A stretch of DNA of 64,000 nt, taken from the NCBI GenBank assembly GCA_016871995.1, contig VHBL01000003.1:18004-82003 (forward strand), written 5' to 3'. The position numbers were made by a program, and so were the translations under genes. The number at the start of each line of letters is the position of its first letter. The stretch's first letter is position 1. Shown in pieces: positions 36,443 through 45,920 of this stretch. Source of the stretch: Nitrososphaerota archaeon. GTDB taxonomy: Archaea > Thermoproteota > Nitrososphaeria > Nitrososphaerales > UBA57. Below the pieces are notes generated by a model. That model was given only the letters and a program-made list of their open reading frames with translations. It ran no database searches and had not been told where the DNA came from.

Positions 36443-37210
36443 ATGCCGCTCATTTCCGATACACAATACCTGTTCATAAGATCGTTCAAGAAACTGCTTA
36501 GGAATCCGATACTGCTATTCTTCTCTCTATTCCAGCCAATAATCTTCCTTCTCCTATTTACCCAACTGTTCAGTAGGTTTGCCCAAGTGCCTGGCTTTCC
36601 AGCAGAAAGCTACCTTCTCTTTGCCACACCGGGGATAGTCCTGCAGAATTCGTTTGCAAGCGCCTTCCAGTCTGGAATAGCCATGGTAGACGACCTGAAA
36701 TCTGGATATCTTGAAAAAATGCTTGTCACGCAGGTCAGCAGACCTGCGATATTTCTTGGAAGGATAGCTACTGATATTGTCAGGACAATTATACAATCGC
36801 TGATCATCATGGCTATGGCACTCGCGATGGGGGCATCTCCCATAACAGGCTTAGCGGGGTTGCTGCTAATGTTGCTTACGATATCTCTATTTGGTGTTGC
36901 TTGGTCTGGGATTTCCATCTCTCTGGGCCTAAAGACAAAGAATGCAGAGACCGTCTTTGGAATTGGAGGATTTCTGACCTTTCCATTGCTCTTTATGAGC
37001 ACGGCTCTTACTCCAGCCAGCTTTATGCCCGACTGGATGCAGACAATCTCACAGCTAAACCCTATCAGTTATACGGTCGACGCCCTGCGCGTCATCATGC
37101 TGACAGGCTTCGATTTTGGTGTAATCTTGACGGCATTTGCTGTTGTCGGCTCTATAGGCGTTCTGACACTAGGGGCAGCAATATACCAGTTCAGGAAGAT
37201 TATCGGCTAA
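36443..37210 (+). CDS. ABC-2 type permease
   Basis: Six hydrophobic segments, immediately downstream of the ATPase (1-nt gap). Confidence 0.85.
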   Translation: MPLISDTQYLFIRSFKKLLRNPILLFFSLFQPIIFLLLFTQLFSRFAQVPGFPAESYLLFATPGIVLQNSFASAFQSGIAMVDDLKSGYLEKMLVTQVSRPAIFLGRIATDIVRTIIQSLIIMAMALAMGASPITGLAGLLLMLLTISLFGVAWSGISISLGLKTKNAETVFGIGGFLTFPLLFMSTALTPASFMPDWMQTISQLNPISYTVDALRVIMLTGFDFGVILTAFAVVGSIGVLTLGAAIYQFRKIIG

Positions 37211-37454
37211 ACAGTTGTTTCTATGCAACTTAGGTACCCCCAGATACAGCTACTAGGATGAGGGCTAGAATTTATGTTCCCGTGTGTAGCCAACATGTCC
37301 CTTGAACTAAAAAACTATAGTAGTTCTTTATTTGACAGTTCATGATATTTAAAACAAAATTCTATTAAGAGAAATTTTGATTTTCAGATTATCCTGTTCT
37401 TTAGTCAACCATACATGTGCAAAAAGTGCCTCCTGAACTAAACTCGAAAGAAGT

Positions 37455-38357
37455 CTATTTGGCATTAGCCAGCTCTGCAACTGTGGAAATGTTGTTCTTC
37501 AAATCTTCGTCGCTGTAGCTATGCCTCTTCTTGTGGGATTCGATGATAAGATCTGGCATCTTCTGATACCTGAGCACGTCTTTGAGAATACTCTTCAAAG
37601 GCACTCTTCCATATCCAACAAGCATGTGCTGATCTTCTGAACCGTCGTTGTCATTGACGTGCATCTCAAATACCCTTCCCGCTATATTATCTATCAATTT
37701 GCGCTGATAATTTACATCATTTAGTTTCGTCTGGCAGTAGTATACATGACCAGAATTCAAGATCACGCCAATCTTTTTCGGAAGCACAGCAAAATCTCTC
37801 GGGAGAGCGAAAAGGTACCCCCTCTCAGGTCTGTAGTTAAAGTTCTCGATACTAAGTTGGACATCCTTGGCAGCATAATCAAGCAGTTCTTCAATACTCC
37901 TGAGTGAGTTTGCATATGCAATTTTCAGGGGGATAAGATCAGAGGGCGTGACTGGGGAGAATTCCTCCTCCTGAGTGACGACATCTGTAGCGTATCCAGC
38001 ATGAAATGAAAGCACCTTCGCACCTATATCCCTAGCAAAATCAATGCTCCTCTTAAGAGCTTCAACACTATTCTTCCTAGTTTCTTCTATTGAAGATGCC
38101 AGATTGATATAAAAGTCTCGCGAAGGTAGCCATATGCTCTGGTGAATACTGTATTTAATTCTGTATGAGTTCTTTAGATTAAGGGCTCCCCTGACAACTT
38201 CCTTGTATTCCGCTTTTGGCTCTGCAGCACCTATCTGGACAAATGGAGGGGATCCAGCCTCCTCGAATATTTCTACGATTTTGTGTATTTTTGTAAGTAT
38301 TGGTTCTCCCGCATAGCCGTAGAAGATAGTTGAAACCCCGATCATATATTTGGACAA
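37455..38357 (-). CDS. Sugar phosphate isomerase/epimerase (xylose isomerase-like TIM barrel)
   Basis: 300 aa with SIDFARDIGAKVLSFHAGY and EMHVNDNDGSEDQH motifs. Confidence 0.7.
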   Translation of the reverse strand: MSKYMIGVSTIFYGYAGEPILTKIHKIVEIFEEAGSPPFVQIGAAEPKAEYKEVVRGALNLKNSYRIKYSIHQSIWLPSRDFYINLASSIEETRKNSVEALKRSIDFARDIGAKVLSFHAGYATDVVTQEEEFSPVTPSDLIPLKIAYANSLRSIEELLDYAAKDVQLSIENFNYRPERGYLFALPRDFAVLPKKIGVILNSGHVYYCQTKLNDVNYQRKLIDNIAGRVFEMHVNDNDGSEDQHMLVGYGRVPLKSILKDVLRYQKMPDLIIESHKKRHSYSDEDLKNNISTVAELANAK

Positions 38358-38414
38358 AAAAGTTCACACCCTTATATGTTAGAAGAGTAAAATGCCTCAT
38401 ATTAGTGTGCTTGC

Positions 38415-39368
38415 ATGGTCAAAATCATCGCAGAGCTCTGCCAGAACCATAAGGGCGATATTGGCACCCTAAAGAAGATGGTATGGGAGGCTGCTGAAAA
38501 TGGTGCAACTTACGCGAAAATACAGACAATCTTTGCAGATGACTTGACTAGAAGGGAGAGGTTTGAGGAAGGTACAATAGAGGGAGATGTTGTGAAAGCT
38601 ATCAAAAGGCCCTATGAATCAGAATATGCTAGACTAAAGCCGATGGACCTTGACAGAAAGGCTCATGAAATTTTCCTAAAGGAATGCCAAGCTGCTGGGA
38701 TAAGACCTCTGACTACAATCTTTGCAAGGGCAAGAATTCCATTTGTGCAAGAGTTGGGCTTCAAGGAAGTCAAAGTTGCTAGCTATGATTGTGCAAGTTT
38801 CCCCATGATACATGAGTTAAAGGAAAGATTCAAACATCTTTACATTTCTACTGGTGCAACTTACGATAACGAAATAGAAAAGACGACAAGGATTCTTTCT
38901 GGGCACAGTTTCTCATTTCTTCACTGCATAACCATTTACCCCACACCTTTGAATCAGCTTAACTTGGCAAGGATGGAGTATTTGAGAAAGTTTGCCAAAG
39001 AAGTCGGTTTTAGCGACCATACTCTTTTCGAGAGGGATGGTTTGAAGGCTTCTATAGCAGCAATATATTATGGTGCCCAAGTCATCGAAAGGCACTTTAC
39101 CATACTTGACAAAACGATAACAAAAGACGGCCCAGTTTCTATAAATCCAACGCAGCTAAAAGAACTGGTTGAAACCTCTAAGATGAGCAGGGGCGAACTG
39201 GAGGGCTATACGCGCAAAAACCTACCAGAGTTCGAGCAGATGATAGGTTTGACATCACGCACGCTTTCTCACGAAGAGCTATTGAACAGGGATTATTATA
39301 GAGGAAGGTTTGCCAGCAAGGTAAACGGACAAATAATTTACAACTGGGAGGATAGGACGGTCTTTTGA
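38415..39368 (+). CDS. NeuB-family (sialic/ulosonic acid synthase-like) PEP-condensing enzyme, atypical
   Basis: IIAELCQNHKGD, GATYAKIQT, LHCITIYPTP, GFSDHT and GAQVIERHFT match the NeuB TIM-barrel motifs. Confidence 0.75.
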   Translation: MVKIIAELCQNHKGDIGTLKKMVWEAAENGATYAKIQTIFADDLTRRERFEEGTIEGDVVKAIKRPYESEYARLKPMDLDRKAHEIFLKECQAAGIRPLTTIFARARIPFVQELGFKEVKVASYDCASFPMIHELKERFKHLYISTGATYDNEIEKTTRILSGHSFSFLHCITIYPTPLNQLNLARMEYLRKFAKEVGFSDHTLFERDGLKASIAAIYYGAQVIERHFTILDKTITKDGPVSINPTQLKELVETSKMSRGELEGYTRKNLPEFEQMIGLTSRTLSHEELLNRDYYRGRFASKVNGQIIYNWEDRTVF

Positions 39369-41365
39369 AAAAACGTGTTCTTGCAATAATACCAGCAAGG
39401 GGAGGCTCCAAATCTATTCCAAAGAAAAACATCAAGGAGATTGCTGGTAAGCCTCTCGTAGCCTTCAGTATAGCCGAAGCATTAAGGGCAAAGACACTTT
39501 CGAGGGTCATAGTTTCTTCAGACGATGAAGAAATTCTTCAGATAGCAAGAAAATATGGGGCGGAAACTCCATTTATCCGTCCTAAGCGACTTGCAACGGA
39601 CGATGCGCTTGCAATAGACGTTATGGTTCATGCCATAAAAGAGTGTGAAAGGCAGGAAGGCCAAAGATATGATTATGCTCTAATGTTGCAACCTACTACA
39701 CCAATGCGCACGGCAGAAGATATAGATGAAGCACTAGAGAAACTTGTTTCAAGCAACGCAGATTCTGTGATAAGCGTAGTTAACGTTGGAGCCATTCACC
39801 CACACAGGATGAAGAAGATAGTCAAGGATCAGCTGATAGACTACGCAGATGAAGGTACTGAAAACATGCCGAGGCAGAAGCTTCCTCCTATGTACATAAG
39901 GAATGGTGCAATTTATGCTGCGAAAAGAGACAGCATAGTCAAATCAAAATCGTTCAAGGGTAAGAAATCCCTAGCATACGTGATGTCTGAAGATAGGTCT
40001 GTAAACATTGACAGTAGCCTTGATTGGGTGTTGGCAGAAACTCTGATGCAGAAGATGGACTGGAGTCATGTGAAACCGAGGAATTCTGTACAGATGCCTT
40101 GGAGTTCATGGTATGGTAACGAACTTCTTGACATAGAGCTTCCTTCAAATTGGAATGTATCAGTTGCAGCAATGAGTGATGCAGTGGAACTCTCCGACAA
40201 TGAAATCAAAAAAGCTCTGGCAAGTCCAATTGCGAGTCCTCGTCTCTCCGAACTTGCAAAGGGCAAGAAAACTGTGTGTATAGCAGTTGACGACCTGACA
40301 AAGCCTACCGAAACTTTCAGAATACTGCCACCAGTTATTGATGAATTAAGGAAAGGCGGGATAAAGGACAATGACATTTACTTTCTTACCAGCATTGGCA
40401 CGCATAGACCTCTAACAAGGGATGACATGGTAAAGAAGCTCGGGAGTGAAACTGTTGGAAAGTTTAGGGTTTACAACCATAACGCTTACCAGAACAATGT
40501 ATTGATAGGCAAAACGAGTTTTGGTACACCTGTAGAAATAGACAGGATATTTTTTGAAGCTGACCTGAAGATAGGAATCGGCACTTTGATGCCGCATCCC
40601 TATGCTGGTTTTAGCGGCGGAGGCAAGATAGTCATGCCAGGGCTCGCTAGCATAGATTCTGTTGACATCAATCATAAACCTGTTAACGTTTCTTTGCAGG
40701 GGAGGATAGGGCAGGTTGCCGGAAACTCAAGAAGGGGAGATATAGAAGAGGCAGCAAGAATGGCTGGGTTGCACTTCATTGTAAACACACTTTCAAATTC
40801 AAGAGGCAAGACATGTGCCGCTTTCGCTGGTAGTCCAAAGGAAGCCTTCGCAGAAGCTTCTAGACATGCCTTGAAGGTCTATTCTACAGATGTTCCTTAT
40901 GGTATTGATGTTGGGATATTCAACGCTTTCCCGAGAGATACGTGGTTTCTTCTTTCGCTAAATGCGCTTAACGTTTGGGCCTCAAGGGATCCTGACAAAG
41001 AGATCGTAAGGAGAGGAGGCACGATTGTAATTATCAATGCTTGCCCAGAGGGACTAGGGGAGCACGGGCTTGTTGGAAAAGGGATGCGACAGCACGTGAG
41101 GAGGGACAAGCACGGTACATTCAAAGGGCCGCTTGAGGGGAGAAGAGTGATATTCTTCTCACCAAACGTTCATCCATCTCACGTCTATGACCACTATCCA
41201 GAAGGGGTCTTACTCTTCAATAAATGGGATGATGTTTTAGATGAAATGAAGAAAGAATATGGTAGTGGAACTATGGCCGTCGTTTTTCCATGCGCTCCAT
41301 TGCAGATGGATAAGCATGTCATAGTGCAGGAGAATTTACTGGACGACAGAATACTTGTTTCATAG
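39365..41365 (+). CDS. Fusion protein: N-terminal acylneuraminate/CMP-sugar cytidylyltransferase (NeuA-like) plus C-terminal LarA-like nickel-pincer (NPN) racemase/epimerase domain
   Basis: The N-terminus is AIIPARGGSKSIPKKNI...LQPTTPMR. The C-terminus has DDLTKPT, GTHRP and PHPYAGFSGGGKIVMPG...INH. The spacing His411-x9-Lys421-x15-His437 matches LarA His174/Lys184/His200. Confidence 0.8.
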   Translation: MKKRVLAIIPARGGSKSIPKKNIKEIAGKPLVAFSIAEALRAKTLSRVIVSSDDEEILQIARKYGAETPFIRPKRLATDDALAIDVMVHAIKECERQEGQRYDYALMLQPTTPMRTAEDIDEALEKLVSSNADSVISVVNVGAIHPHRMKKIVKDQLIDYADEGTENMPRQKLPPMYIRNGAIYAAKRDSIVKSKSFKGKKSLAYVMSEDRSVNIDSSLDWVLAETLMQKMDWSHVKPRNSVQMPWSSWYGNELLDIELPSNWNVSVAAMSDAVELSDNEIKKALASPIASPRLSELAKGKKTVCIAVDDLTKPTETFRILPPVIDELRKGGIKDNDIYFLTSIGTHRPLTRDDMVKKLGSETVGKFRVYNHNAYQNNVLIGKTSFGTPVEIDRIFFEADLKIGIGTLMPHPYAGFSGGGKIVMPGLASIDSVDINHKPVNVSLQGRIGQVAGNSRRGDIEEAARMAGLHFIVNTLSNSRGKTCAAFAGSPKEAFAEASRHALKVYSTDVPYGIDVGIFNAFPRDTWFLLSLNALNVWASRDPDKEIVRRGGTIVIINACPEGLGEHGLVGKGMRQHVRRDKHGTFKGPLEGRRVIFFSPNVHPSHVYDHYPEGVLLFNKWDDVLDEMKKEYGSGTMAVVFPCAPLQMDKHVIVQENLLDDRILVS

Positions 41366-41386
41366 CGCCAAATTGAGAGATACATC

Positions 41387-42097
41387 ATGAAGATTGTCAT
41401 GCTAGCTGCAGGACGCGGAGAGAGACTCGGGCCGCTGACAGACAAGATACCCAAACCATTGATCGAAGTTGCAGGTAGGCCTATTATAGAACACATCCTC
41501 GACTTGTTGATTAAACTGCCTGATGCAAAGGTCGGGATTGTAGTCGGACATTTGGGCGATCAAATAGTAAAAAGACTTGGCTCTGAATACCGTGGCATTA
41601 AGATATCTTATATTTTTCAGGAGCAGATACTGGGCACAGGACATGCTACCCTCCTTGCGCGTAAGTTTATTGGTTCAGACCCGTTTGTTCTATATCTAGC
41701 AGACACCTATATTGTTGATGACTTGCAAAAAATAACCAAAAATCTTACCAAAGGGAAAAGTAACAGGATAGTGGTTTCAAGAGTGAGCAAAAATACGGCA
41801 CTGAACAGCGGTCAGGTCATTCTCTCTGCTGGTAAAGTTGTGGACATAGTTGAAAAACCAGTTAACCTACTTTCAGATGTCGTAGCTTCGGGTATGTACT
41901 ACTTTTATCCGCAGATTCTTCAATATTTGCAACTGCTCTCTGACGGAAAACCGCTTGAGCTTACTAATGGGATCAGAGAACTTCTGAGACATAAGAAAGT
42001 AGAAGCTGTTTGGGCGAAAGCATTTCTTGACATAGGAACTCCAGCTGGGCTGAAGGCTGCCGATGATTTTCTAAAAGGGAAGATGGTTGCAGAATAG
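41387..42097 (+). CDS. hddC: Sugar-1-phosphate nucleotidyltransferase (HddC-like heptose-1-phosphate guanylyltransferase)
   Basis: MLAAGRGERLGPLTDKIPKPLIEVAG is an NTP-transferase motif. The call also rests on operon context. Confidence 0.7.
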   Translation: MKIVMLAAGRGERLGPLTDKIPKPLIEVAGRPIIEHILDLLIKLPDAKVGIVVGHLGDQIVKRLGSEYRGIKISYIFQEQILGTGHATLLARKFIGSDPFVLYLADTYIVDDLQKITKNLTKGKSNRIVVSRVSKNTALNSGQVILSAGKVVDIVEKPVNLLSDVVASGMYYFYPQILQYLQLLSDGKPLELTNGIRELLRHKKVEAVWAKAFLDIGTPAGLKAADDFLKGKMVAE

Positions 42098-43082
42098 AAT
42101 TAAGGTATACGCCCCTCACAGAATAAGCTACTGTGGAGGGGGGACAGACTTTCCATCATTTTACAACCAATATGGCGGTGCCGTCATAAACTGTGCTATC
42201 AACAGGTTTTCAAAAATCTACGCCAGACCTGAGCGCGGTTCGAATATATTTCTTGAAGCAAAAAGAGTAAACGAAACATACTCGGGAAACATGTTAGAGG
42301 TAAAGAACAAGAATAAGCTTTCCATGCCGCTGAAAGCCATTCTTGACTGGAACCAACCGGTACATATGGTAATCGAGAGCGACGTTCCACCGGGAAGCGG
42401 CCTTGGGTCATCTGGAACATTGGCAGTAAATCTGATTAACACGCTTAACTTTCTGAAAAGAGGCAGCACAATCCAGCCGAGTATTCTTGCCGAACACGCT
42501 TATCATTTTGAGGCTTATACATTGGGAAAGGCTGTTGGCAAGCAGGATCACTATGCTGCGGCGTTAGGAGGAATGAACTTCATAGAATTTGGTGCGCAAG
42601 GAGTGAAAGTTAGCCGTTTTGCTACAGAAACTGCGATTGAACTGCAGAAAAGGTGCATACTTTTCTATCTTGGGAAGACTAGAATTGCAGACATAATTCT
42701 GAAAAGGCAGGAAAGAAATGTGGTTCAAAGAAATGAAAGTACGATTGAAGCTTTGAAGGGGATGATAACACTTACCCGCAGAATGAAAAGGTCGATAGAT
42801 AAAAGGAATTTTGGAGAAATTGGATCACTACTTGAAGACGCATGGCTGCTAAAGAAAAAGTACACTACAGGTATATCAAACAAATTCATCGACAAGGTGC
42901 ATACTAGAGCACTGCGATCTGGGGCTACAGGTGCAAAGGTTACTGGAGCCGGAGGTGGCGGCCATTTCTTCGTCTATGCAGAAGCAGATAGACACAGAAA
43001 AATCATAAGGAACCTTAATGATATAGGGTGCGAACATATACCGTTCAAGGTGTGCGAGAGTGGAGCTTGGGTTGAAAAGTGA
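42087..43082 (+). CDS. hddA: GHMP sugar kinase (HddA-like D-glycero-D-manno-heptose-7-phosphate kinase)
   Basis: The GHMP motif PPGSGLGSSG and the C-terminal GAKVTGAGGGG. Confidence 0.7.
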   Translation: MQNRIKVYAPHRISYCGGGTDFPSFYNQYGGAVINCAINRFSKIYARPERGSNIFLEAKRVNETYSGNMLEVKNKNKLSMPLKAILDWNQPVHMVIESDVPPGSGLGSSGTLAVNLINTLNFLKRGSTIQPSILAEHAYHFEAYTLGKAVGKQDHYAAALGGMNFIEFGAQGVKVSRFATETAIELQKRCILFYLGKTRIADIILKRQERNVVQRNESTIEALKGMITLTRRMKRSIDKRNFGEIGSLLEDAWLLKKKYTTGISNKFIDKVHTRALRSGATGAKVTGAGGGGHFFVYAEADRHRKIIRNLNDIGCEHIPFKVCESGAWVEK

Positions 43083-43626
43083 AACTAAGAGGTTTCTGGT
43101 AGATTCTAAGAGTGCAATAGATTCCTTCCTAAATAATCCTGCTGTTGAACGATTTATTTCAATTCTGAAAGACGCAAGACAGCGCCGAAAAAACGTGTTT
43201 GTATTCGGTAATGGAGGAAGCTCCGCTACTGCATCGCATTTTGTGTGCGACCTTCTGAAGACATCAATTGTAAAAGGCAAGCCTAGGTTCAAAGCCTACT
43301 CGCTTACCGATAATGTACCTGTCATGACAGCTTGGTCGAATGACGTCTCTTACAGCGATATCTTTGCAGAGCAGTTGAAGAACTTTCTTGAATCAGGCGA
43401 CATAGCGATAGCCATAAGCGGGAGCGGAAACTCTCCAAACGTGCTTAGAGGAACGGAATTTGCAAAAGAAAATGGCGCAGTCACAGTTGGATTGACTGGC
43501 AACTCTGGCAAATTGGCTGGAATGGTTGATATATGTATCAAAGTACCTTCTAGTAATATCCTCCTAATAGAAGGCGCACATTCTGTCCTTTTGCACTATG
43601 TCACAGAAGTTCTACGAGAAGCATGA
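43060..43626 (+). CDS. gmhA: Phosphoheptose isomerase (SIS domain)
   Basis: VFVFGNGGSSATASHFVCDL and AISGSGNSPNV. Confidence 0.8.
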   Translation: MELGLKSETKRFLVDSKSAIDSFLNNPAVERFISILKDARQRRKNVFVFGNGGSSATASHFVCDLLKTSIVKGKPRFKAYSLTDNVPVMTAWSNDVSYSDIFAEQLKNFLESGDIAIAISGSGNSPNVLRGTEFAKENGAVTVGLTGNSGKLAGMVDICIKVPSSNILLIEGAHSVLLHYVTEVLREA

Positions 43627-44069
43627 TACCTGCTGTATTCGTGGATAGGGATGGAACTCTAGTAGAACAGAAGGACGGAAGTTACATTTCGTCAATAAAT
43701 GAAGTCAAGTTCATAAATCAGAACGTCTATCCGCTTTTAAGCTGGTTCCAGAAGGAAGGCTTCCTTATTATCATAGTTACGAACCAAGCCGGGATAAACA
43801 AGGGCTTGGTGACTTGGGAGCAGGTACGCAGAGTAAATGACTATGTTGTCAGAGAACTCGACAAGCACAAGGTAAAGGTAACAGATGTTTACACATGCCC
43901 CCACAGAATAGAGGAAAACTGCAACTGTAGGAAGCCTCAGCCCGGCTTGATACTTAGGGCAAGCAGAGAGCACAGAATTGACCTTGCTAACAGTGTGATA
44001 ATAGGAGACAGGGATATGGATGTGGAGGCAGGATTCCGGGCAGGTGTGAAGAGAGCCATAAAGATATGA
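43623..44069 (+). CDS. gmhB: D,D-heptose 1,7-bisphosphate phosphatase (HAD)
   Basis: FVDRDGTL, VTNQAG and the zinc motif CPHRIEENCNCRKPQPG. Confidence 0.8.
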   Translation: MIPAVFVDRDGTLVEQKDGSYISSINEVKFINQNVYPLLSWFQKEGFLIIIVTNQAGINKGLVTWEQVRRVNDYVVRELDKHKVKVTDVYTCPHRIEENCNCRKPQPGLILRASREHRIDLANSVIIGDRDMDVEAGFRAGVKRAIKI

Positions 44070-44845
44070 GCGTTAGCGTAATCACACCTGTCCATGGCAA
44101 AAAAGAGTCGTATGCGTCGCTGATAGAGGAAATTGGACAGCACCTAGCAGAACAATCTGCAAAACCAGCTGAATGGTTGTTGGTCTGCGACACAAATTCG
44201 ACATGGCTCAAAGACCTTACTCTGCCTCCATTCGCCGTAGTCCTTGTTTCCCCACAGAACAATATATCGTTGAAGAGGAATATAGCTTTGGACGAGGCTA
44301 CGGGGGATTTCATATTCTTCCTTGATTCTGATCAAAGACCTGAAACTCCAGAGCTCATTGCCGATTGCTTAACAATGACAAGGGAAGGTTACGATATACT
44401 GCTAATCCCAGAGAAGTTCTCATATAGAGGCCCGTACCTCAAGAGATGTTATCATCATCTGCGCGGTCTCTACTGGAAGTACTCGGGCGAGGGCATACCA
44501 AGATTTTTCAGAAGAAGCAGGATAGGAAGTGCCAGATATGATACCGTTCATCTGCACTTTGAGGATCTCAAGTTTTATGAATCTGTTAGGAAGGGTGCAA
44601 AAGAAGGCAGTGCCTCAAAATACATAATTCATGATGAGGCATATCAGATATACGGAAACCTGAGAAAAGCGAGGATAGCGCAGAAGCAGAAAACTAAACA
44701 TCAAATAGAATCACCATTTCGTCTCAGCACCAGCACGATATTGAAGGAGACGCCATTAAGCATGTTGCCAGGGGTAATTCTAATTTTGGTTCTACGTACG
44801 CTAGCAAAAAGACTGCTCCCTGTAGCTGGCGATACGTCTCGTTAA
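44066..44845 (+). CDS. Family 2 glycosyltransferase
   Basis: VSVITPVHGK and the DxD-like FLDSDQ. Its start overlaps the gmhB stop by 4 nt. Confidence 0.65.
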   Translation: MSVSVITPVHGKKESYASLIEEIGQHLAEQSAKPAEWLLVCDTNSTWLKDLTLPPFAVVLVSPQNNISLKRNIALDEATGDFIFFLDSDQRPETPELIADCLTMTREGYDILLIPEKFSYRGPYLKRCYHHLRGLYWKYSGEGIPRFFRRSRIGSARYDTVHLHFEDLKFYESVRKGAKEGSASKYIIHDEAYQIYGNLRKARIAQKQKTKHQIESPFRLSTSTILKETPLSMLPGVILILVLRTLAKRLLPVAGDTSR

Positions 44846-44851
44846 ATGGCC

Positions 44852-45901
44852 CTAGAAGAACCAAACCACGAGTAGCGCGAAACCAAATACAGCATAAGAG
44901 CCTGCAAGAAGCTTAAGCATCTTTCCCTTTAGTATGAAGCAAGGCATTCTGTAGAGCGACGGAGCCAATGAAATAAATCTAAAGTATCCTGAAAAATATG
45001 AATATGCTGGCTGTATTATTGAACCAAGCGCTATCAAGCATAGGCTGAATGTATCTACAAGCTTTTTCCTGACTGCAAAATAGATTGATAGAACTATCCC
45101 AAGGAATACCGACCAAACAACTATCTCATTAAGAATCAGATTTATTCCACTAATTTGGAATGTACCAGTAGCCCCAAAAAATCTATTGTAGAGAAATGAG
45201 CCGAAGGGAATTCCCAGCTGAGGAGGCAAATCACTCCCTCTTGCGAACTCGATAAAGTGCTCTATAGTGAACCTTGATATTAGATAATAACCAAAACCTG
45301 CAATTGTAGCTAGAATTATTGATAGGTACGGCAGGAATTTTTTCCCTTTTGCAAGTGCAAAGTATGGCAGTGCAAAAATAAAAAAGTCAGGTCTGGCAAT
45401 TACTGCCAATGAAAGAACTAGAGATGCTGGAAGAAACTTGTCTTTTCGGAACAGTAGAAGACCTCCAAGCATAAGCATATAGTACAGAGGCTCGTTCATT
45501 CCTCCGTGTATTGAAACCAGCAGAATGGGGTTGAAAGCATAAAAGATCGTTGCAATTGCAAAACCATCTCCCCTAGTCATTTTGTAGAATATTGCAACGC
45601 TTGAAGAGAATGCGACAACGTTAATGACTTCCATAGTAACTGCAGTTATAAAGGAATTTCCTGCGGCTACCAGCGAAACTAAAAGGGGGTACAGGAATGT
45701 GGCGTACCTGAAGCCAGAATCTACTGGAGGGTCTTTGAATGGAGCAAGCGCAATTTTGTAATAGGAGATACCGTCCGTGTTAGCTTCACTTGCAAAGTTG
45801 AATACAGTCTTCCCACTCAATAATCCAATAACATAAAAGGCAAAATTCAAGATAATAAAAGCGGCAAAGACTGTGAAACTGTTGATTCTAAACGAGGGCA
45901 A
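44852..45901 (-). CDS. Polytopic membrane protein (GT-C-type glycosyltransferase or glycan polymerase candidate)
   Basis: 349 aa with about 9-10 hydrophobic helices, sitting in a glycan cluster. Confidence 0.55.
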   Translation of the reverse strand: MPSFRINSFTVFAAFIILNFAFYVIGLLSGKTVFNFASEANTDGISYYKIALAPFKDPPVDSGFRYATFLYPLLVSLVAAGNSFITAVTMEVINVVAFSSSVAIFYKMTRGDGFAIATIFYAFNPILLVSIHGGMNEPLYYMLMLGGLLLFRKDKFLPASLVLSLAVIARPDFFIFALPYFALAKGKKFLPYLSIILATIAGFGYYLISRFTIEHFIEFARGSDLPPQLGIPFGSFLYNRFFGATGTFQISGINLILNEIVVWSVFLGIVLSIYFAVRKKLVDTFSLCLIALGSIIQPAYSYFSGYFRFISLAPSLYRMPCFILKGKMLKLLAGSYAVFGFALLVVWFF

Positions 45902-45920
45902 TTTTAATCTGAACCAAAGG

